Assembly: GCA_026770705.1 (NCBI GenBank)
Contig: JANJGN010000005.1
Coordinates: 184,016,001 to 184,080,000, forward strand
Reading direction: 5' to 3'
DNA length: 64,000 bases
From: Isurus oxyrinchus
Taxonomy: Eukaryota
In this document: positions 39,365-51,939 of the stretch, in pieces
Layout: each line of letters opens with the position of its first letter
Position numbering within the stretch: the first letter of the stretch is position 1
Notes under the pieces: model-generated
Seen by the model: only the letters and a program-made list of their open reading frames with translations
Database searches by the model: none
Told to the model about the DNA's origin: nothing
Position numbers and translations under genes: made by a program

Positions 39365-40925
39365 TCAAAAACAGAAAATGCTGGAAACCCTCAGCAGGTC
39401 AGTCAGCATCTGCAGAGAAAAGGGATAAGTTAACGTTTCAGACACAGACCCTTGGTCAGAACTGGAAAATATTACAGATGCGCAACATTCGAAAAGTAAT
39501 AGGACACAGAAGTGGAACAGAAGAAGAGCAGCATAAAGTGATTAGGTAGAAAACAGGTGATGGAGACATCAGGAATGAAATAAAGAAATTGAAGACATTT
39601 ACGAGACACAAAAAGTGTGCAAATTGCTAAAGGTGGTGGGGTGGGATGATTCAAAAGGGGATTTAAAATGTTGGCTAAGCAAGAACCTGCCATACTGCAA
39701 GCACAATCCATTCCTCCGCTATAACCTATCCTACACTGCCAGCTCTTCCTGGCAAACAAAGTGGAGTCATTAGTTAAGGTCTGAAGTTATTGTCAATATT
39801 AAGGCCAGTAGCTGCAAAGTGTCCAATAGAAAAAGGTGTTGTTCCTCAAGATTCATTTGAACAGTGTAGGTCAAAGGCAGAAAGGTTGGAGTGGGAATGA
39901 GACCAGGAAATTGGAGTGGGAATGAGACCAGGAAATTGGAGTGGCAAGCAACAAGGGACCGAGTAAACTTAAGCTGTGTAGTAAACAGCATACTAGCTTA
40001 GAGGAAGTAAACATAAATAGCCATCTTGCACAGAAAAAGTGTGCCTGGTGCCCTGATGGTGGTGCAAGAGGTGGTGAGCTAGTATATTGCTTGCACGTAA
40101 AGTGTCAGAGGAATGGGAGGAGGTAGGGCAGTTTAAGAGTGAACCAAGGTATTGTAGAGGATTTTATTTAGCAGAAGGGAAGAAAGAGAGAAGGTGAAAG
40201 TGGGTGGGATCATGTAAGGTAACAGATCTAGCACATGAAAGTAGCAGCCAGTGGGGTGGAAACCAAGGACAAAGGAAAGTCTTTCACAGTTGCAAATGAA
40301 TGGGTGATTAGGTGTTCCATAAAAGCTCAACCCAGACTCAATTCCTACAGTCTATTTCTAAAAGTTCTGTATCTTCCTATTGGGTATTTGTCAGCCCTCT
40401 GGCCTCAATACTGGTTTTCATAACTTTCAACCTTAACCACAGATCCCAATTTCTCTGCCAGAAAGCACTGGTAGTGTGGAATGAGTGCATCAATGTTTGC
40501 GGTGGGAGAAAGAAGTGGAAAGATAAAGGGGGACAGGCGGTTCCAACAGAACAGCCTGACACCAAACAACTGCGTGTTGGCAGTGGGACCTGTCCCCTTG
40601 ATGTCAATCTGCTTTTTTCTTACTGCTTTGGGTGTTCACACAAACTTAGTGTCTCATAATCATATTTAATTTCTCTCATTATGCCTCCTATTACTCCAGT
40701 TATTATCAGTTCCGCCATTTAACCCTTTTCAACATAGGGACTTTACAGCTCATTGCACGTACCTAGTTGTGTGCTTCCCTATCTTCTTCCCTTTATTTTG
40801 TTCCATCTTACATGTTTTCATCTGTAATATATTCCAGTTCTGACAAAGTGTCAACATTAGTTATGTTACTGTGTCTGCTCTCTTCAGAGGTGCTGACTGT
40901 TTCCAGCATCTTCCATTTTTGATTC
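39365..40925 (-). mobile_element. Penelope-like retroelement remnant with inverted partial terminal repeat
   Basis: Minus ORF 39770..39991 has LVACHSN and LEEQHLFLLDTLQ, resembling the GIY-YIG endonuclease C-terminus (PVACHFN, KLEEQHLIFRLGTLQP); ORF 40133..40330 has ERLSFVLGFHP. Terminal repeat on minus at 39365-39470 and an inverted copy at about 40830-40925. Confidence 0.75.
39886..39944. repeat. 25-bp tandem duplication (about 2.4 copies)
   Basis: ttggagtgggaatgagaccaggaaa twice, then ttggagtgg. Confidence 0.95.
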
Positions 40926-42054
40926 AAGAATACCCTTGGTTTGATTCATGATCACAGACTTTGTTAAAAGCCTCAGTAATGTCCTAATGTGGACATTAGG
41001 CAAGGATAGGGTCAAGCTCAGTTCTGATGCAACCCACAATCAGGTAAACTTGGTACTGATTTTTGAGACATAGTAAGAATGCTAAATTGGGCAGGGGCAA
41101 GGTATAGCGTTACTCCCACCAGAAATACACTTGCCCAACTTACAAACGCTGTTGGTTTCAAGCACAAAATTGAAGCTCTCCACACAACAATCCACAGCTT
41201 CCTTTCCAAATGCATATTAATAGTTCAAGCGTAGGCAGTGATTTCCAAAATGAAGGGGATTACTATCAATGCATGCAGTTTAAAGATTGTACTAACTGAT
41301 GGGTGCAAACAATTTACATTCATTTGTTAGAACCAAATTGTAACAGAAATGGTACATAACTTTCAAAAATCTGCACACCCATGCAGCGATTTCCAACTGA
41401 ATTTCAAAAGTAAGGTGTTAATCTTAGACATCTGCGATATGATGTTTAGTAAAATGAAACTCCTTGATCCTGCAAGATTTCCAGATGCTGGAAATGCTGG
41501 CAATGGAAAATTTATTGACGGAGGCGTACCAGCAATTGCATATGGAAATGTGGGAATTATTTCATGTGACTACAATTTTTTTTTCTCTCAGTAATGGACT
41601 GCAGATAAAATTTCAGCAAGCAGATAACAACATTGCCCACAATCAATAGCCCATGACAATGGAAAATGACCAATGGCAGTAATCCCTTTCTCCCAGCATC
41701 ACTGCAAATAAAAAAAAGTGTGGCAAGAATAAAATAAGAGCAACTACTGAACACCAACTCCAAAATTCACTCCTTTTCAAAAAGGAGAGTTAGTTATGCA
41801 CCAACATTGGAAGTGAATTCCTGGCATCGGTGCTGCTCCAACGAAGTCACTTGCTAAACCACCCAATCTCTTCACATGATTTCAGGCTACAACTCAATCT
41901 GAGCTAGTCTTCTAGTCTGCCAGAGTTGCCAGTCTCATCATTACAAAAACACAATGTCAACTTCAATCTCTTCCTTCGGTGTCAGCCTTGGCACAGTGGC
42001 AGCACTCCGATTCAGGGGTGAGCGTGTTATCAATAAGCCAAGCCTGACATTTCA

Positions 42055-45000
42055 TAAGATCATCAAAAATAGGAGTAGGTCTTTCAGCCCATCAAGCCTG
42101 CTTCACCATTCAATAAGATCATGGGCTGATCTGATTGTGGCCTTAATTCCACTTTCCTGCATACCACCACCACCGCTTGCCCACACCACCTCCCACACCC
42201 CACGACTGATAACCCTGAATTCCATAGATCAAAAAACTGTCCAGCTCAGCTTTAAATATATTCATGGCCCAGTCTCCACAGCTCTCTTTGGAAGAGAATT
42301 CCAAAGACCAACCTCAAAGAAGAAACTCCTCTCATCTCAGTATTAAACTGTGCCCCCTAGTTCCAGATTTCCCTATGACCCTAAGGCCATAATATGCAGG
42401 AGCAGAAGTAGGCCTTCCGCCCTGAGTCTTCTTCACCATTCAGTTAGATCATGGCTGATCTGATAATTCTCAATTCCACTTTCCTGCCTTTTCCCCATAA
42501 CCCTCGATTCCCTTACTGATTAAAAATCTGTCTATCTTAGCCTTGAATAAACTTAACGACCCAGCCTCTACAGTAAAGAATTCCACAGATTGACTACCTT
42601 GTGAGAGAAGAAATCTTCATCTCTTAAATGGGTGACCTCTTACTCTGAGATTATGCCCTGATCCTAGGCTCTCCCATAAGGGGAAACAACCTCTCAACAT
42701 CTACCCTGTCAAGTCCCCTAAGAATAGTGTTTTTCAATAAGGTCCCCTCTCATTCTTCTGAACTCCAATCAGTACAGGCCCAACCTACTCAAACTCTCCT
42801 CATAAGAAAATCACCCATACTCAGGATCAACCTAGTGAAGCTTCTCTGAACTGCCTCCAATGCCAGTGTATCTTTCCTTACATAAGGGGACCAAAACTGC
42901 TCATGGTATTCTAGGTGTGGTATAACAAGTGCCCTGTATAGTTTTAGCAAGGCTTCCCTATTTTTAAACTGCATTCTCTTTGAAGTAAAGGCCAACATTC
43001 CATTTGCCTTTCCTATTACCTCAACCTGTTTACTAGCTTTTTGTGATTCATGCCCGAGGACACCCAAATCCCTCTGTGCTGCAGCTTTCTGAAGTCTTTC
43101 TCCATTTAAATAATATTCAGCTCCTCTAATCTTCCTGCCAAAGTACATAACCTCATTTCCCACGTTATATTCCATCTGCCAATATCTTGCCCACTCACTT
43201 AACTTGTCTCTATCCCTCTGTAGGCACTCAATGTGAAACTCATTACTTGCCTTCCCACCTATTTTTGTGTCAGCCACAAACTTGGCAATTTCATATTCAC
43301 TTCCCTCATTCAAGTCATTAATTTATACTGTAAATAATTGTGGCCCCATCATTATGAGGGGAAACATCCTTTCAGCACCTACGCTGTCACAACCCGAGTC
43401 CTACATGAGTCAATATCACCTCTCATTCTAAATTCAATAGGGCCAAGCTGCTCAACATTTCCTCATAAGGCAACCCCTTCATCCCAGGAATCAGCATAGT
43501 GAATGTTCTCTGATCAGATCATAAATAGTTGAGGCCAAGCACTGATCCCTACAGCACTCCACTCATCACAGCTCACCAACTTGAAAATGATCCATTTATC
43601 CCGACTCTGTTTCCTGTGAGTTAATCAATTCTCGATCCACGCTAAAATATTACTCCCAAATCCATGAGCACTTAACTTGTGCGGTAATCCTTAATGTGGC
43701 ACCTTATCAAATGCTTTTTAGAAATCCAAATACACTACATCTACTGGTTCCCCTTTATTCACCATGTGCGTAACATCCTCAAAGAATTCTAATAAATTGG
43801 TCAAACACGGTTTTCCTTTCACAAAACCATGCTGACTTTGCCTGATTGCATTATGATTTGCTAAATGTCCTGCTACTATCTCCTTAGTATGGATTCTAGC
43901 ATTTTCCTGATGACCGGTATTAGGCTTACTGCTTTATAGTTTCCTGATTTGTCTCCTTCCTTTCTTGAACAGAGGTGTTACATTTGTGGTTTCCCAACCA
44001 CTGGGACTTTTCCCAGAATGTTGGGAATTTTAGATGATTACAACCAATGCATCCACTACCTCTACAGTCACTTCTTTCCCTAGAATGCAGGGCATCAGGT
44101 CCAGGGACATGTCACTCTTCAGTCCCATTAGTTTCCTTAGTACTTATACTTTAGTGAACGTGATTGTGTTAAGTTCCTCCTTCCCTTTTACCTCCAGTTT
44201 TTCTATTTTTCTTGGTATTTTTCTGTGAAGATGGATACAAAATACTTGCTGAAAGTCATAGCCATTTCCTTGTTTCCCATTATTAATTCACCAGTCTCAT
44301 CCTCTAAGGGATCAACACTCACTTTAGCTACTCTTTTCCTTTTTATACACTCGTAGTTTTTACTGCCTGTCTTACTTATCCTGCTAACTTTCTCTCATCC
44401 TGCAATTTCTCCTTCTATTATTTTTTAGGCATCCTTTGCTGGTTTCTAAAATTTTCCCAATATTCTTGCCTAACACTAACTGTTACATCATTGTACAACT
44501 TTTCTTTTAATTTTATACCATCCTTAACTTCCTTAGCTAGCCTCGGATGGTGCATATTTCTCAAAGTCTTTCTTTCTCAATGGAATATACCTTTGTTGAG
44601 AGTTATGAAATATCTCCTTAAATATCTATTGCTACTGTCATTTTAACCTATTTTTCTATTCCACTTCAGTCAACTCTGTCTACGTATTCTTGGAATTGCT
44701 TTTATTTAAGCTAAAGACACTAGTTTCAGACCTACATTTCTCACTCTCAATGTGACAGAATTTTACATTCAGTTTATGATTGCTCTTATCAAGAGGATCC
44801 TTTACTATAAAGTCATTAATTAATCCTCTTACATATTACCTGGTCAAAAATAGCCCATTCCCTGGTTGGTTGCAGAATGTATTATTCTGAGAAATTATCC
44901 CAAGTACACTCTATGAACTCATCTTTCAAGCTACCTTTGCCAATCTGAATTATTCAATCTATATGAAGATTAAAATCTCTCACAATTATTGCAATATATT

Positions 45001-45600
45001 TTTTACAAACCCTGGTTATTTCTGTCCTACAGTGTAGCTACTGCCAGGGGGCGCATAACTAGTGACTTCTTTCCTTTGCTATTTCATATTTTCACCCAGA
45101 CTGATTCCACATCTTGATCCTCCAAATCAAGATCATTTCTCACTATTGTACTGATCTCAACCTTTATTAGCAGAGTTACCCCACCTCATCTTGCTTTTTT
45201 CTTATCCTTCCAAAATGTCAAATACTCTTGAATATTCAGGTCCCAGTCATAGTCACTTTGCAATCATGCCTCTGTAATGGCTATCATATTGTACTCCTTT
45301 ATTCTATTTGTGCTATTGATTCATCCATTTTGTTACGAATGCTGTGGGCATTCAGATAAAGAGCCTTTAATTCTCTATTTTTACAATTCTTGCAAACTCC
45401 ATCCTTATCTGCTGGTGCAGTCATGTTTGTTTGCTCTCTCTATTCCTCTCACTCTGGTTATCATTATCTGTATTGCTACCCTGCATTACTACCTTGTGTT
45501 TCCTCTTCAACCTTCCATATCTCCCCTCACGTGATCCCTGCCCCCCCACTATTTATTTTAAAGCGCTCTCTACAGTGCCAATGAATACTCGAGCTACGAA
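42055..45600 (-). mobile_element. Long decayed CR1 LINE (3' UTR through RT to endonuclease region) with internal deletion
   Basis: 3' UTR at 42055-42378, resumes at 43353; antisense RT motifs aaatccaaatacactacatctactgg, aaaaccatgctgact; endonuclease-like cacccagactgattccac and gtaatggctatcatat. Confidence 0.85.
42379..43352 (-). mobile_element. Younger 5'-truncated CR1 nested in the older CR1
   Basis: ORF 42789..43313 (AKFVADTKIGG...QRDLGVL...PHLEYHEQFWSPY); own 3' UTR at about 42385-42560; tatga duplicated at 42374-42378 and 43353-43357. Confidence 0.9.
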
Positions 45601-45869
45601 GTGTAACTTTATTAAAATGAAATGTCAACTCATCTCTTACTTCACCTCCAGCATCAGGCAATTTTGATTCCTTGCCAAGCTGTATCTCAATTTTATAATT
45701 CTCATTCCCAGTACTCTTCCATCCTGAGGGCACAATTGCAAACTCAGTAACATTTTTTTTCCACGGCTTTAATTTTATTGATATTGGTAAACAGCCTTCC
45801 TCTTCGATTAAGCAAATAACGTTGATTGACTGCAATGCAATACCAAGGGAGCATTGCATTGTACCATCA

Positions 45870-46150
45870 TAAAGATTAGACTTGAAATTTGAGGCTCCAT
45901 CTGCATATTTGTTCAAGTGGACATTAAGGATCTTATAGCACTAGTCAGAGAAGAGCAGAGATTTGTCCTAATACCCCTGTCCACAGTTCCCACTCAGTTG
46001 CCACTACTGAAACAGACTAACTCATTTATTTCATCGCTGGTTATGCAAAATGGCTGCCAGGATTGCCTTTGGTACAACAGTGTGTATTTCAAAAAATTCA
46101 TTCTGAGAATCATTTTGACAGGTGTGGAGAGGCATGATAAAGATACCATA
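45870..46150 (+). mobile_element. Degenerate Deu-domain SINE
   Basis: gtggacattaaggatcttatagcacta..gaagagcag...aaaatggctgcc parallels 34550-34750. Confidence 0.55.
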
Positions 46151-46489
46151 TCAATCCAAATCCATATCCATCGATCTGCAAGTTTCATCTCTGCCAGATA
46201 TGTCATATCTCTCTACTGTTTGGTTTCCAATAAAGGATTTGATCCTAATGCTCTCTCTTTCATCATGCTCATGATCTTATGTTATTAATCTTGGTATGTA
46301 TCTACCTTTCCTTTCTTGGAAATTTTTCCACATTATCTAGAAGAGTCCTATTACTACTCTTTGTTCCTAGATCAGAGTTGGATAAAGTTATAAAAATTCC
46401 TACTAATTTAAAACATCCATCAGCTTAGAAATCGGGATAATTCATGACCGTGTGTATGGTTTCTCAATAGATTTTTTTTGATACCCTTG

Positions 46490-46822
46490 TTGCCTATATG
46501 CAAACCATCTCTAATCGCTTCCAGCCCTCCAACCCTCCAAGATCTCCGTGCTCCACCAATTCTGGCCTCTTCAGTGTCACTATTTTTAATCACTGCACCA
46601 TTGGCAGGCAACTTTTGAGGCCTTAGGCTCGGGGATTCCGTCCCTAAACCTCTCTACCTCTCCCCTCCTTCTTTATTGTTCCTTATAATCTACCTCTTCG
46701 ACCAGGCTTTTGGTCATTAGACCAAACATCTCATGTGATTCATTGTCAATTTTTTTGATAATGCTGTAAAGCATGTTAGAATGCTTTACTATGTTAAAGG
46801 CACTACATAAATACAAGATGTA
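46490..46822 (+). mobile_element. L2-type LINE tail
   Basis: ccagccctccaaccctccaagatctccgtgctcc...ctatgttaaaggcactacataaatacaag. Confidence 0.8.
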
Positions 46823-47677
46823 TGGTTCCAAATGTTTCTCAATTCACTGCTGTTAATTAAGGCAACAGTTATACACATTTGGACAAAAACAGAATAAGTG
46901 CCTGCAAAAGTAGCAGCATAGCTAGTCATATTTCAATCTAACCCCAGAATTCAATAGTACAATAACTCCTTGAGGACGCTACTTAGGTTTGCTGGACTCC
47001 AGTCTAACTCCAAATTAATACATTCTAATTAGCTCATTGGACTTTTTGGGCATTTCATAAAAATTAAACATTTTTTTAATATCACAAGGTTTATATTTTG
47101 ACCTGTGCTTACAATCATTAAGAATTTAGAATAAATTCTCAACACCCTGGGAGATGTATAGGAAATATGCTGCCTGCTTCTGGGAGTTTTTCTAGATTTA
47201 TGTTGAAGCCTAGTTGAGCTAAAAAGGTCTACTGTAAAGTACCTAGTACAATGAATGCGCTCTGTTGTGGCCCACTGTGATGAGTAAGTTGCTTTGATAA
47301 AGATAGACCTGAGGATTCCTATATCATTTGATGCACAAAGTTTGATGCAAACTAAGGTGGTAATACAAATCTAAATATTATGTAGAGTCCTGGTACTGTA
47401 TCCCATCAGTGCTGAACCTCAGGTAGCTTCTGTGGGGTTCTCAAATCCTACATGGAAGGCATGCAACAGTGAGGTACACAGCTGCTTGCCACCTTTTGCA
47501 AAGTATTTCTTTACTATCATGTGATTTGAGACTTACGAGCCTAGCATAAATCAAAATCTTTTTTACTTCTTTGGGTGCAGACTCACAAACTTATCACCAT
47601 GCTTCAGAGGCTTCAAAACAAGCCGCTTGAGAAATTTGCATAAGTAGTTTCCATTTGCCCAATATGGATGTATACAT

Positions 47678-49010
47678 TGTCATGAAGAGCTGATTACAGC
47701 CACAAATTACTTATGGGCATATTGAACTTTTTAAAGAAAGACATGTGTGTTTTCAAAGAAATACAAGCAAGGGCACTGAGCAAAAGATGGCTGATAATGT
47801 AAAGTGACCACTTTCTGGAAAATCCCTAAGTTGGATTATACACTGATAGACCTGCCCTGAGAGAATATGGAATGTCACACCTGAAAAGGTGTCATGGCCA
47901 TCTTCAGGCAAAGCCACTAAAAAGGGAGATAGGAAAGATGCAAAAGACTGAACTTTAATCTCCTGTGGTTGCAGAGATGAAAGACTAATTATGTCTCAGC
48001 AGTCATCTAAAATCCATCTCTTGCTGATTGATATCTCAATGTGTAAAATGGTCAGAGATCAAAGAAAACAGACTCTGGGCACAAGACCTGTTTTTTTTCC
48101 CCCTTATGGGAATACACAGGGTAGATGGGTTAAAAAGCTAGCTGCAGAGCAGTGCAGTGTGTGCTGGTGTGCTGTGCATATGACAGCAAGAAGACCAACT
48201 ACTCATTCCTGCATAAAAACAAAAAAACTGCAGATGCTGGAAATCCAAAACAAAAACAGAATTACCTGGAAAAACTCAGCAGGTCCGGCAGCATCGGCGG
48301 AGAAGAAAAGAGTTGACGTTTCGAGTCCTCATGACCCTGTCGAAGGGTCATGAGGACTCGAAACGTCAACTCTTTTCTTCTCCGCTGATGCTGCCGGACC
48401 TGCTGAGTTTTTCCAGGTAATTCTGTTTTTGTTTTACTCATTCCTGCAGCTGGAGGCAAAGTCTTTCTCTCTCTTTTGCTGGATGCAAAGTTCGCGGAAG
48501 CCACAATCAAAAAGGTAATAGGACAGCTTCTTCAGTTATCCTTCAAAGCTGTGTCGCCAAACCCACTGTGAAGCTGCCAAGGTCAGCTCTACCCAAATCA
48601 CCCAACTTGACGGCCACAACATTTCACCATCTAGGCCTCACAGGCAAACCAAAGACTGATTTGTGTATCTTTTCAAACTGTTATTTGGACTCTTAACTTC
48701 TCATTTCTGATCTGTGTGTGTTGTGTTTTCATTTTTTTTCTCGGGTGTTTAGCAACTAATAAACTTACTCTTGGACTCAAGAAAGCCTGGTTAAATTGGC
48801 TCCTTCTAAAAAAATAGATATCTTTGGGCTGGGAAAAGGTATCCATGGGGAATGGATCCCTTTTAAATTAACCTTGTTGCGATCAACTGACAGGGTTGCA
48901 TAAAGAAGGGGAACATGCTCATTCCTCCTCACCTGGGAGCATAACAAAATTGGGGACCCGCTCGGGAAGTTAACAAACTGGGGGACCTTGCCACGGGACT
49001 GGTCGTAACA
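47678..49010 (+). mobile_element. Solo LTR (TG...CA) with 4-bp TSD
   Basis: Starts tgtcatga, ends tcgtaaca; flanked by acat (47674-47677) and acgt (49011-49014), differing by one CpG-type transition; aataaa at about 48758. Confidence 0.7.
48214..48435. mobile_element. Young Penelope-like terminal-repeat insertion forming a 92-bp-arm palindrome
   Basis: Arms 48247-48338 and 48344-48435 are reverse complements with one mismatch; TSD actcattcctgca at 48201-48213 and 48436-48448; same family as 39365-39470 and 61803-61905. Confidence 0.9.
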
Positions 49011-50379
49011 ACGTACTCCCCAGAGGAGCACAATCCACTCAACTGAGTTCGGAGAGTTTAGAAGCACCTTAGCAAATGTAAGGTCTAAGGTGCCCAAAGT
49101 GTTCAGAGGGCTATTTTCACATATTATTGGATTCCAGGCTAAAAGAAATAGAACCCTGAAGATTGCTCACTTGAAAGTACTTATCTTTTAAAAAAAAATG
49201 TTCTACTAAAGCAGCAGCTTCTGCACTTCACTGGTCAAGTTCACACACTGTCATTGCCCCAATAAAACTCCTCTAAATTTTGGGAGATGTTAGGAAGTAG
49301 AAAGCATGTTTTGACATCCAGATTTCCAATCAGAGGATATTTTAATATTTTTGAAAACTTGTCACATGTTGTCCCCTACTTAACTCAGGGAGCAATAGTG
49401 ACAGTATGGAGGTGTGAAACACAGCAGTCAGGGGAATGGGTGGAGTCTTTTCACTTAATCTTTACTGGGATAGTTTGAATCTAGATATAAAGCAACTGCT
49501 GGCCTAAAAGAGAGTTCAGGTGCACTTGAAAGCTGTAACATCAACTGTGTTCTGAGCTAAAGGGGTTTGATCATGAAAGTTTTCAATATTTATGCCAGGT
49601 GCCAGGGCTAGAATGGAATCAAGCATCTGAATTTTTAAGATTCACTGAATACACACAAAATTGGTTAATCATCTTTTCATTCATCTATTTTTGGTGCAAA
49701 TGGCAAATGTAATTTTTATACTTGAGTTTACTATACATCAAACACATTACCCTTTATGGGTTCTCCAAAATCACTGCTAGTTGCAATACAATCAGATTCA
49801 TTATACGTCATCTCACTCTTCTGATAAAAACCAGGTTGTATTATTGAGCAATAATAAGTAATTGATCTACGTATAGTTCTGGAATCAAGTCAGTTTACAC
49901 AGAAAAAAACAAGTTCAACATAGTTGCTTCAAGATCTACCCAAATTCTCAAAAAATTGTCTTTTGTTAATCAATATATCTGAACTTTAATTAATTAATTA
50001 ATACATTTTTAATCTGTACGTTTGGCACAACTGGAATTTCCTTTCACCAAGAAAAGGCATAGGAATATAACATCACAATGCATGGTTAACTTTCCCACAA
50101 CTTTTATATCCTTAGTATCAAGGATCAGGGGTGACCTTTAGTGAAATATGTAGTCGGGTAGAAAAAAAAGGATGGGTTTTATTTTTCAATTCAAGGCGTT
50201 AACAGGTTCATTTAAGAAGAAAATAGATATCTGTGGGCAGTCACTTCAAGAAGTGAAGTGCTTTAATATTTGTAGAGGAATAGTATAAAAGAATTTGTTC
50301 AAATGACTTTAGGAAATAGAAGCAAAACTGTAGCTGATTTTTTTCATGCCTTATTAAATTCAAAGATAACATTATTCAA

Positions 50380-50900
50380 AAATTTAGAAAAATGATCTTG
50401 AAGCTTGTAGGTTTATTTGCTTAAGGAGAGGAAGGGAAAGGCCAAATTAGTGTGCAAAGGAAGCTATTCAACAAGATTTATAAAAGCAAAGGCAATAATT
50501 CCAATCCAAGTTTATGAAAGTCAGGTTATAGCCAACAACTTCACAGAAATTCTTTGAGAACATAATAGAATTGATGGATGAGATTAATGTGACTTTCAGA
50601 AAGCAATTGGGATACCTACCAAAAGAGACTTGTGACTGAAGTGAGAGATTTCAGGATAAAGGAGAACATTGTAAACTGAACCACAAACTAGTTACACAAT
50701 ACAAATAGTGATCAATGATGGTGCATTTAAATGGTAACTGTGGCCACCTGTCTTATGTTTTAAGGCTGAAACATCTACTATGCAAAATATTTATAATAGT
50801 AATTATTGAATCAAAATTAGAGTGCATGCATTTGCAATTATAAAATATTCTGAGAAACTTTAAATTAAAAATATGAATGAGACCTACAAAGCTCTGAAAG
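50380..50900 (+). mobile_element. Very decayed CR1 RT fragment
   Basis: aaattctttgagaacataata...gactttcagaaagcaattgg (DFQKAFD-like)...tttcaggataaagg. Confidence 0.45.
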
Positions 50901-51659
50901 AGGATCTAAAATTTTATTTAATGTTAAGGAATAGGACTTGTGCCAAGGGACTGGAGAGAAGGAATTGTGCTCGCAATTTCTAAGAAGGAACGGAGAAGTT
51001 AAATCAATTACTGCGCTGGCCACACATGCATCAAATGGGTGACCAGTGCATAGGTTGGCATACCCAGCGCCTTCAGATCCTTTCCCACTAAAGAGCAACA
51101 GAAGCTCATCAGGGCTACCTAATTTCACCATATTATTGCATTCAACAAAGTACAAGTCACTGATGGCAGCCAAGCAATCTTCCCACCAACAGATTCATGC
51201 TCCTCCTCACCTGTGCACTGACTTATCCAGTGCTACCTCAAGCTCACTAAAAGAACCTGCTAGAATGTATACACAGCGCTGATGCTGGCAAGCAGTGACA
51301 CAAGGGCAGTCTTACTCTGGGCACCTTGCCTATCATTCTTCCAGGCTCACTATAAGAGGAACAGAGGCTAAACACGTGGCAAGAAATATCAGAATCTATC
51401 TTGAAATATATTTTGTGAGGCATGTGTGTGATTATTTATGTGGCAGTATTAAAAAGGTAGGGTGGCACTAACTCCAAGCTTGGAGGTGGCTTGCAGCCTC
51501 ACCTTCTCCTACTCTCTCTCTTGTTTTAGAATGATATCAAGGACAACCTCCTCCAAGGGAATCAAGGGGTTGCATGTTCTGAACCCTTTTCCAGTTTGGA
51601 TTCCAGTGCAATTTTTTTCATGCCAGCAAAGAAGCACTCTTCAGGTATTGCAAGTTGAA

Positions 51660-51782
51660 AATAGGTACAGGAAGAGGCCATTCAGTCCCTCAAGACTTTA
51701 TCACCATTTGATTAGATAATGGCTGATCTGTACCTCAACTTCATTAAGCTGCCTTTGATCATATCCCTCAATACCCTATCCC
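51660..51782 (-). mobile_element. CR1 3' UTR fragment
   Basis: acaggaagaggccattcagtccctcaag...atggctgatctgtacctcaact. Confidence 0.75.
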
Positions 51783-51784
51783 AA

Positions 51785-51936
51785 GAGTCAGCTGTGGCTC
51801 AGTTGATAGCACTCTTGCCTCAGCTAGAAGGTTGTGGGCTCAAGTCCAACTCTGGGACTTGAGCACATATTCTAGGCTAACACTCCAGTGCAGTCCTGAG
51901 GGAGTGCTGCCAGAGGTGCTGTCTTTCAGATGAAAC
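51785..51936 (+). mobile_element. tRNA-derived SINE 5' half (Deu-SINE family) with Pol III A/B boxes
   Basis: A box tggctcagttga, B-box-like gggctcaagtcc, then gggacttgagcac...gagggagtgctgc...gtctttcagatga. Confidence 0.8.
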
Positions 51937-51939
51937 CGA

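Noticed and set aside
47991-48510. Mirror-image ORFs 47991..48353 (+) and 48262..48510 (-)
   Set aside because: They are a by-product of the palindromic insertion; no coding evidence.
51785-51865. tRNA gene
   Set aside because: A/B boxes run straight into a SINE body; no complete cloverleaf.
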